55,603 bases of DNA from Sterolibacterium sp. (lineage in GTDB: Bacteria > Pseudomonadota > Gammaproteobacteria > Burkholderiales > Rhodocyclaceae). The stretch covers positions 1 to 55,603 of the forward strand of contig JBAYJH010000001.1 of the NCBI GenBank assembly GCA_041665185.1. The letters are read 5' to 3'. Positions 35,404 through 42,574 of the stretch are shown here, piece by piece. The notes beneath the pieces are model-generated. The model was given only the letters and a program-made list of their open reading frames with translations. It did not search any database and was not told where the DNA came from. Position 1 is the stretch's first letter. Each line of letters starts with the position of its first letter. The translations under genes were made by a program, and so were the position numbers.

Positions 35404-36549
35404 ATGAGCCCACCCGTCGTCATCCTCGGCAGCGGCCTGGCCGGCATCAGCGTCGCCCGCGAACTGCGCAAGCTGGACAAGGAAGTCCCGCTGACCCTGG
35501 TCACGGCCGACGACGGCGGGTTCTACTCCAAACCCAGCCTGTCGAACGCCCTGGCCGCCGGCAAGTCCGCTACCCAGCTGGTGCTCACTCAGCGCGAGGC
35601 GCTGGCGGCGCAGTTGAACGTCGAGATTCGCGCCCAGACCTGGGTGACACGGTTGCTGCCGGGCGAGCATGCCATCGAGACCGAAGCCGGCCGCCTCGAA
35701 TACGGCCGGCTGGTGCTGGCCCTCGGCGCCCAGCCGATCCGCCTGCCCATAGCGGGTAACGGCGCGCAGGAAATCCTCTCGGTCAACGGCCTCGCCGACT
35801 ACGCCGCCTTCCGCGACCGGTTGGCGGGCGTCCAGCGTGTCGCGATCCTTGGCGGCGGCCTGATCGGCTGCGAGTTCGCCAATGATCTGCGCCTGGCCGG
35901 GATAGCAGCGGATGTGTTCGACCTGGCACCGCAGGCGCTGGGCCGCCTGCTGCCGGCACAGGCCGCCGAGTTCTTCCGCACCCGGCTGGAATCAGCCGGA
36001 GTGAGTTTCCACTTCAATACCACCATCGCCCGCGTGGATCGCACCCAGGCTGGCCTGGTCCTCACCGACACCCAGGGCCAGGAATTCAGCGCCGATCTGG
36101 TCCTCTCCGCCGTCGGCCTGAAACCGGAAACCGAACTGGCGCGCGCGGCCGGGTTGCAGACCAATCGCGGCGTGGTGACCGACAAGCTGCTGGCGACTTC
36201 CGACCCGGATGTGTTTGCGCTGGGCGATTGTCTCGAAGTCCAAGGCCTGGTGCTGCCTTTCGTCCTGCCCATCATGCAGCAGGCGCGGGCGCTGGCCAAG
36301 ACGCTGGCCGGCACACCCACGGCGCTGAGCTACCCGGCCATGCCGGTGGTGGTGAAAACACCCGCCTGCCCGACCGTGGTCTGCCCGCCTCCGGCCGGCG
36401 CCGCAGGCGCATGGCGTGAGGAAGTCGAACCGACGGGGGTGCGCGCCTTGTTCAAGGACGCCGACGGCAAGCCGCTGGGATTTTCTCTAGTCGGCGAGGC
36501 GGTCAAGGACAAGCAGGCGTTGGTGGCACAGATGCCGGGGTGGCTGTAG
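35404..36549 (+). CDS. NAD(P)H-dependent rubredoxin reductase (FAD pyridine nucleotide-disulfide oxidoreductase)
   Basis: 381 aa with dinucleotide folds VVILGSGLAG and VAILGGGLIGCE. Starts 3 nt after rubredoxin. Confidence 0.8.
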   Translation: MSPPVVILGSGLAGISVARELRKLDKEVPLTLVTADDGGFYSKPSLSNALAAGKSATQLVLTQREALAAQLNVEIRAQTWVTRLLPGEHAIETEAGRLEYGRLVLALGAQPIRLPIAGNGAQEILSVNGLADYAAFRDRLAGVQRVAILGGGLIGCEFANDLRLAGIAADVFDLAPQALGRLLPAQAAEFFRTRLESAGVSFHFNTTIARVDRTQAGLVLTDTQGQEFSADLVLSAVGLKPETELARAAGLQTNRGVVTDKLLATSDPDVFALGDCLEVQGLVLPFVLPIMQQARALAKTLAGTPTALSYPAMPVVVKTPACPTVVCPPPAGAAGAWREEVEPTGVRALFKDADGKPLGFSLVGEAVKDKQALVAQMPGWL

Positions 36550-36612
36550 CGTTTCCCGCCTGCTCCTGACTCACGCGGTGCCGCACTGAATCCCGCCGTT
36601 GACGGACGGCTC

Positions 36613-36687
36613 CTCGGCCTTATGTGAAGCTTCACATAAGGCCGATTATGCACAGTCGTCGATTATGTGAAGTTGTGGGATGAATTG
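36613..36687. repeat. Left terminal inverted repeat of the RIT-type element
   Basis: ctcggccttatgtgaagcttcacataaggccgattatgcacagtcgtcgattatgtgaagttgtgggatgaattg. It is the reverse complement of 39784-39858 except for one base. Confidence 0.9.
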
Positions 36688-36738
36688 CACGCCAACGGTT
36701 GATTGGCGGCGGCCAGCGCGAATTAGATCTTCACATAA

Positions 36739-37758
36739 TCATAGTGTTTTCAGGAAGTCGATCAGAGAGTCGGGCGCCCGGTAGCGCTGGATCTTGGCCT
36801 CGGGTTCGTGCAGCCTGGCCAACGCGCGTTCCTTCATCGTCAGGTCTGCCTCGACATAGTGGTGAGTCGTAGTGGGGCTTTCATGCCCGAGCCAAAGTGC
36901 GATTACGCTGATATCGACGCCGGCCTGCAACAGATGCATCGCCGTTGTGTGACGGATCGTATGTGGCGAGATCCGTCGCTTTGCCAAGTCGGGGTTGGTC
37001 TCTGTTGCAGTCTTCACCGCCAAAGCGAGTCTTTGGTGAGCATTGTTTCGCGTCATCGCGTGTCCGCAGCGATTTGGCAGCAATGGCGACACCGTGTCGA
37101 ACTGCGAATTCAACTTCAACCAGGACCGTATCGCCTTGACGGTCGAACGCCACAGCGGCACGCTGCGCTGCTTTCTGCCCTTGCCATGCAGATGCACGCA
37201 AGCCGCACCCTCGTCGAGCACCGCCTCGCCGACCGTGACCCCAGTGATCTCCGATACGCGCGCCCCGGTGTTGTAGAGCAGCAGAAACAGCACATGGTCC
37301 CGCTGTCCAATCCACGTGCCATCCGGCGTACCGATCACCGCCAGCATTTCCTCACGCGACAGGTAGCCGAACATGGGGCGCTCGAAGCGCTTCACCGGAA
37401 CGCCCAGTGCGCGCTCAATCATCTGCAACGACGACACATCCCGGTGGGCGGCAAACTTCAGGAACGACCGCAGCGCCGCCAGGCGCGCATTGCGGCTGCG
37501 CACGGAATTGTGGCGCTGGCGTTCCAGATGATCGAGGAAGGCCATGATCAGCTCCGGCGTGATGTCGGCCAAGGTCATCGTGGTCGGAGACTTGCCCAGA
37601 CGGGACTGGGCGAAGTCGAGAAACAGCACGAAAGCGTCACGGTAGGCAGCAATGGTTTGCGGGCTGAGCGCACGCTGCTGCGTCAGGTACTCGGCGAAAT
37701 AGGCTTGCACGAGCGTCGCAAATGACGGTGGTACCCTGGCTGGCTTACTCATCGTCAT
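36739..37758 (-). CDS. Tyrosine recombinase, third gene of the trio (RitC position)
   Basis: About 340 aa. Catalytic residues R (GARVSE), HxxR (HTIRHT), H (LGHES) and Y (HHYVEA). Its start overlaps the end of the middle gene by 8-14 nt. Confidence 0.85.
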   Translation of the reverse strand: MTMSKPARVPPSFATLVQAYFAEYLTQQRALSPQTIAAYRDAFVLFLDFAQSRLGKSPTTMTLADITPELIMAFLDHLERQRHNSVRSRNARLAALRSFLKFAAHRDVSSLQMIERALGVPVKRFERPMFGYLSREEMLAVIGTPDGTWIGQRDHVLFLLLYNTGARVSEITGVTVGEAVLDEGAACVHLHGKGRKQRSVPLWRSTVKAIRSWLKLNSQFDTVSPLLPNRCGHAMTRNNAHQRLALAVKTATETNPDLAKRRISPHTIRHTTAMHLLQAGVDISVIALWLGHESPTTTHHYVEADLTMKERALARLHEPEAKIQRYRAPDSLIDFLKTL

Positions 37759-38719
37759 CTCCCGGGAGATCGGCGAAGCGCTCGAACTTGCCACCGGCCA
37801 GTGCCATCAGTTCGGGCACGGCTGTCAGATACCAGTAGGTGTAGAAGATCTCGGCATGGCCCATGTAGGTCGACAGCGCCAGCATCATCCGATCCACATC
37901 GGTGCCCTCGGCATGCCAGAGCATCATGCGCCTGACGGCAAAGGTGTGACGCAGGTCATGCAGCCGTGGCGCCTCATGAGCGCCGCGATTGACCCAGCTT
38001 AGGCTGTCACGTAGCGCGGTGAAGACGCGATGTGCCTGCCGCTCGCCGAGCGGCTGCCCCAGTCGTCGGCCACGGCTGCTGATGAGGAACGGGATATCGG
38101 CTGTCGTCGGAACATGCCGCGCACGCTGCCGCCGGTAGCGCGTCAACGCCGCGACGGTGCTCGGATGCACCGGCAACTGGCGGGACTTGGCGAACTTGGT
38201 CTGCCGCACGATCAGCATTCCGCGCTTGAGATCGACGTCGGTATCGCGCAGGTGAATGGCTTCCGAGACGCGCAGACCGGTCGAAGCCATCAGGCCGAAC
38301 AGCGTCTCGAAGGTGGCCGGGCGCAAACTGCCACGTGGCCCGAGCTTGCGGGCCGCCGCCAGTAATTCGACGATTTCCTCTTCGCGGTAAATATGCGGCG
38401 CCACGCGACCTGGCTCCGGGCCGAAGATCAACTCATCCGGCACCTCGGTATCCGGTTCGAACTGTTTCAGGTAACGGATGAAATGCCGCAGCCTTGCCAG
38501 ACGGCGTGCCCAGGTGCCCGGTGATCCTCGGCCACCTTTACCCTGACGCACCCAGTCTGTCATGAGTTCGACGGTCAGCGGCCCGCGGTGACGCCGAATG
38601 GTGACGAAACGCGCAAAGCCGGCCAGAAACGTATCCCGCGATCGCAAGTGGAAGCCAAGGCGATGGCGCTCGGCAAGATAGTCGTCGATCCTTGCCTGCA
38701 GGCTGATGCGCGCGCTCAT
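37745..38719 (-). CDS. Tyrosine recombinase, second gene of the trio (RitB position)
   Basis: 324 aa starting MSARISLQARIDDYL. Catalytic residues R (GLRVSE), HDLRHT, H (MGHAE) and Y. ATGA overlap with the first gene. Confidence 0.85.
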   Translation of the reverse strand: MSARISLQARIDDYLAERHRLGFHLRSRDTFLAGFARFVTIRRHRGPLTVELMTDWVRQGKGGRGSPGTWARRLARLRHFIRYLKQFEPDTEVPDELIFGPEPGRVAPHIYREEEIVELLAAARKLGPRGSLRPATFETLFGLMASTGLRVSEAIHLRDTDVDLKRGMLIVRQTKFAKSRQLPVHPSTVAALTRYRRQRARHVPTTADIPFLISSRGRRLGQPLGERQAHRVFTALRDSLSWVNRGAHEAPRLHDLRHTFAVRRMMLWHAEGTDVDRMMLALSTYMGHAEIFYTYWYLTAVPELMALAGGKFERFADLPGDDDE

Positions 38720-39676
38720 GATGCGCTCCCGGGCCACGGCAGCGGGACGGTGGACAGCTTCGGCGTGTCGAGCTTGGCGTAGATCAAGGTGGTGTTCAGC
38801 GAACGGTGGCGCAGCACATCGGCCACTTCCTTGAGCGAACTGCCGTTCTCGACAAGGCGACACGCCAAGGTGTGGCGCAGTGCATGCGCGCTGGAATGCA
38901 TCAGGCCAATGCGGCGGCAGGCGCGTTTGATTACCTTCTGGATCGCCGTTGAGGTGATGGGGGTGATCATGTCCTCCCTTCCGGCGGACGAAGATGGCAG
39001 GGTTGCTGGTGGTGGGGCGTTCATGTTGGAGATAGTCGACCAGCGCCCGTCCTGTTTCCATCGGCAAGGGCAGGATGTCCTGTCGCAGCGACTTCGTGCC
39101 CCGCAACGTCACCGTGCCGACACGCCAGTCGATGTCATCGATCATGAGATGAGCGATTTCTCCGGACCTCAATCCCATGTCCAATGCGCAACGCACGATT
39201 GCGTACCCACGTTTCGGTAAGCGTAGCCCGGCAGCAAAGGAGTTCAGCAGGCGCTCGACTTCGTCCGGCTTGAGCGCACGTGGCAATGAAGCCAGCTTCC
39301 AGTGGACGGGATTCGAGATGACGGCAGTCAGCTTGCCGACCTGATCGCCGCAGGTGGCCCGATAGCGAAGGTAACTTCGCAACGTCGCAGCCAGATGGGA
39401 TGCGTGAGAAGCTGATCGGTGCGCACCCAACCGCGTTGCAAGGAACTCGCGAATATCGTCAGGCCGCAGCTTCGCAATCTGGATGACGCGCCGCTTGAAT
39501 TTCACTTGCAGCAACAAGCCTACGGCGCGGAGCCGACCCTTGCGCGTGCCCGCCGCGAGGCCGCGTACATCGCGCAGGTGTTCGTCGTAGCGATGCAACT
39601 CTTCGACAATGTGATCCGACAGTGCTGCCGGTGGCCGTGCGCCTGACGCGGCACGGTGGGTAGTGGCCTGGGTCAT
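38716..39676 (-). pseudogene. Tyrosine recombinase, first gene of the trio (RitA position), apparently frameshifted
   Basis: The N-terminal part is in the frame of the 652-aa ORF (MTQATTHRAASG...). The catalytic C-terminus (HALRHTLA...LRHRSLNTTLIYAK) is in the frame of ORF 38716-39024. The switch lies near 38973-38990 and the span is 961 nt. Confidence 0.75.
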
Positions 39677-39783
39677 AACAGTCTCCTGAAGTGGATTCGC
39701 CACTTCAGACCACCGCAGAAATTATGTCCAGCTTACGGCAGCATCACCCGCTGCCTGGCCGCATACTGCCTACCCCCTCAGAC

Positions 39784-39858
39784 CAATTCATCCGACAACT
39801 TCACATAATCGACGACTGTGCATAATCGGCCTTATGTGAAGCTTCACATAAGGCCGAG
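39784..39858. repeat. Right terminal inverted repeat of the RIT-type element
   Basis: Reverse complement of 36613-36687 with one mismatch (at 36677). Confidence 0.9.
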
Positions 39859-39913
39859 AATCGGACGTAGCAGGCTGCTACGTTGAGCGTCTCGGTGGGT
39901 CGCAAAGAGTCTC

Positions 39914-41269
39914 TTAGTTAACTACGCCGAATCGTTCGCACAGGCCTTCTACCGCCTCGCGCCCTCCACGCACCCGCAAGAACGCGCCCTCAGCGTCGGC
40001 GCGTTCCTCCAGCACTTCACAACTAGCGAAGATTTCGCCGCGTCGTTGCTGCGCCGACCAGGGCAGGAACAGCTCCGCTTCGACCAGATCCTGCCGGAAG
40101 AAGGCGACGATCGCCTCGCGCAGCAAGGCGATGTCGCCGGCGCGGCGCGCGCTCATCACGATGCAATCGGGGTACTGCGCTCTTAGCGCTGCTTCGCGTT
40201 CGGCTTGCGCCGCCGCATCGCCGACATGATCGATCTTGTTGAAGACGCGGATGCGCGGCAGGTCGTTGGCGCCGATCTCGTCGAGCACCTGGTCGGTGAC
40301 CGCGAGCTGCCGCTCGAACCCGGGATCGCTCGCGTCGATGACGTGGAGCAGCAGCGCCGCATCCAGCGCCTCTTCGAGCGTCGATTTGAACGAGGCGACC
40401 AGGCCGTGCGGCAGGTTCTTGATGAAGCCCACGGTGTCGCTGACCAGCAACCGCGGCCGGCTCTCCGGCTGGAGGGCGCGCACGGTGGTGTCGAGGGTGG
40501 CGAAAAGCTTGTCTTCGACCAACACCTCGCTACCCGTGAGGGCGCGCATCAGGGTGGACTTGCCGGCATTGGTGTAGCCGACCAGCGCCACGCTGGCCAG
40601 TCCCTGGCGCTCTTGCCGCCGCGCGCGCTGCGTTTGGCGCTCGACATCCATTGCGGCGAGCTCCTGTTGCAGTTCGGCGATACGGTCACGGATCTTGCGC
40701 CGGTCCAGCTCGGTGTGCGACTCGCCGGCGCCGCGCCCGCCGGTGCCGCTGCGCTGCCGCCCCTGGGGCCCGGCGAGCTTGGCCGCTTCGCGCAGGCGCG
40801 GCGCCATATAGCCGAGGCGGGCGATCTCCACCTGGGCACGGGCGGCGCGGGAGCTGGCGTGGCGGTGGAAGATTTCGAGAATCACCATGGTGCGGTCCAT
40901 GACCTCGCAGCCGACTTCCTTTTCGAGGTTGCGCGCCTGCGACGGCGAGATTTCGTGATCGACGAAGATGGCGTCGATCTTCCCGGCGTCGGGGTCGGCT
41001 GCGGCCTGGGGTATTCTTCCCAGCTCGACGGGTTCCGGCTGGTTGTCCACGAAGGCGCGTATCTCCTGACGCTTGCCGGCACCCAGGTAGGCCGTTGTGT
41101 CGAAGCTGGCGCGCTTTTGGGTAAACGTGGCGGTGATCTCGAAGCCCAGGGTCTTGGCGAGATCGCGCAGCTCGGCCAGCGAAGCCTCGAACTCGACGTC
41201 GCTCACGCTCGGCAGTTGCACCGCCGCGACGACGGCATATCTGGGCTGCTCTTTGACTGCTCTTGGCAT
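39914..41269 (-). CDS. hflX: GTPase HflX
   Basis: 451 aa from ATG 41269. G motifs GYTNAGKST, DTVGF and NKID, plus an HflX-type N-terminal domain. Confidence 0.9.
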   Translation of the reverse strand: MPRAVKEQPRYAVVAAVQLPSVSDVEFEASLAELRDLAKTLGFEITATFTQKRASFDTTAYLGAGKRQEIRAFVDNQPEPVELGRIPQAAADPDAGKIDAIFVDHEISPSQARNLEKEVGCEVMDRTMVILEIFHRHASSRAARAQVEIARLGYMAPRLREAAKLAGPQGRQRSGTGGRGAGESHTELDRRKIRDRIAELQQELAAMDVERQTQRARRQERQGLASVALVGYTNAGKSTLMRALTGSEVLVEDKLFATLDTTVRALQPESRPRLLVSDTVGFIKNLPHGLVASFKSTLEEALDAALLLHVIDASDPGFERQLAVTDQVLDEIGANDLPRIRVFNKIDHVGDAAAQAEREAALRAQYPDCIVMSARRAGDIALLREAIVAFFRQDLVEAELFLPWSAQQRRGEIFASCEVLEERADAEGAFLRVRGGREAVEGLCERFGVVN

Positions 41270-41375
41270 TCGGGGATGGCTACACTTGAGGGGGCGAAGC
41301 CGGATCATACCCGCCTATGCAATGCTTGCCTGGAGTCTCGTGGTTGTTTCGGCAAGAACCAACTCAGCGGATACC

Positions 41376-41454
41376 GGCGCTGGCACGCGATCTCGATTCG
41401 GCGATATTGCGTTTCTCAGCACCGGGAGACGAAGCGAAATCGCGTGCCAGCGCC
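41376..41454. repeat. Perfect 16-bp inverted repeat flanking a 47-nt spacer
   Basis: ggcgctggcacgcgat (41376-41391) and atcgcgtgccagcgcc (41439-41454), in the 346-nt gap between hflX and the LLM pseudogene. Confidence 0.85.
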
Positions 41455-41615
41455 AGCACAAGCGTTCCGACCAGTTCTCCCTTGAATTACCGCAGCTGAC
41501 CCACCTGACGAACACTTTTAACCGCCCCCACGCTACGACTCTGCGACAACAAGGCCGATCCGACAACGCTATCGTTTAAGCTAGGCGACTGCGCCACCGC
41601 CCCGAGCCGAAACCT

Positions 41616-42462
41616 ATGATTCCTATTTCCATCCTCGACCTCTCCCCGATTGCCCAAGGCAGCGATGCCGCCCAGTCATTCCGTAACACCCTCGATCTTG
41701 CCCGGCACGGCGAGGGCTGGGGCTACCGGTGTTTCTGGCTGGCCGAACATCACGGCATGCCCGGCATCGCCAGCGCCGCCACCGCGGTCCTGGCGTGCGC
41801 CGGGTTCCGACCCGATCACGGCGCGCGCATTGCGGCGCAATCTGGCTTCCGGCGCGGACGAATTCCCGCAGGATGTCGGCGAACTGATGGGCTACTTCTC
41901 CGCCGCGGACAGGCAGGCGGTTCGTGCCGTACCGGGCGCCGGCCTGAACGTGCCGATATGGATACTCGGATCAAGCTTGTACGGCGCGCAACTGGCCGCC
42001 GCCCTGGGCTTGCCCTATGCGTTCGCCTCGCATTTTGCCCCGGCGCAGATGATGCAGGCCATTGCCTTGTATCGCGTCAATTTCCGGCCATCGGCACAAT
42101 TGCAGCAGCCTTACGTCATGCTTGGCTACAACGTGTTTGCCGCTGATAGCGACGAGGAGGGACGACTTCTTGCCACCTCCGCGCAGCAAGCCTTCGTCAA
42201 TCTGCGCAGTGGCCGTCCCGGCCAATTGCCGCCGCCGCTGGCCGACTATCCGAGCCGCATCGGAGCGCGCGAGCGGGCGCTGCTGGACGAGATTCTTTCC
42301 TGCACGGCCATGGGTGCGCCGGATACCGTGGCCAATCAGGTGCAGGGATTCGTTGCCCGCACCCAGGCGGATGAATTGATGATTACCTCGCAGATCTTTG
42401 ATCACGCCGCCCGTCTGTGTTCCTACGAGATCACTGCAAGCGTCTGCGCCGCCCTGGGATGA
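41616..42462 (+). pseudogene. LLM-class (luciferase-like) flavin-dependent oxidoreductase with an internal out-of-frame deletion
   Basis: N-terminus [59 protein letters not shown] is in one frame. From about 41790 the family-like sequence ([24 protein letters not shown]... to the end) continues in another frame. The core between them looks too short for the family, and the span is 847 nt. Confidence 0.75.
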
Positions 42463-42574
42463 CAGCCACAAGGGCTGCTCAACGCCTGCGTGCGCAAATA
42501 TTTCGGCGGAGATCCCGACCCTGGCAAAAAAATGGGGCACCCAACGGGCGCCCCATTTCAATTGCCTATGCTCC

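Larger units (their letters stand above)
36613..39858 (-). mobile_element. Recombinase-in-trio (RIT)-type element
   Basis: Three tandem, overlapping tyrosine recombinase genes bounded by 75-bp inverted repeats with 74/75 identity. Inserted between the convergent rubredoxin reductase and hflX genes. Confidence 0.8.

Noticed and set aside
37745-39703. A single 652-aa ORF that could be read as one giant recombinase.
   Set aside because: The middle (...RKGGHDHPHHLNGDPEGNQTRLPP...) is out-of-frame read-through. The ORF resolves into a frameshifted first recombinase plus an intact second recombinase starting at ATG 38719.
41315-41566. 83-aa minus-strand ORF in the position where hfq would be expected upstream of hflX.
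   Set aside because: The translation is Cys/Arg/Trp-rich and has no Sm1/Sm2 Hfq motifs. It spans the 16-bp inverted repeat and is probably non-coding.
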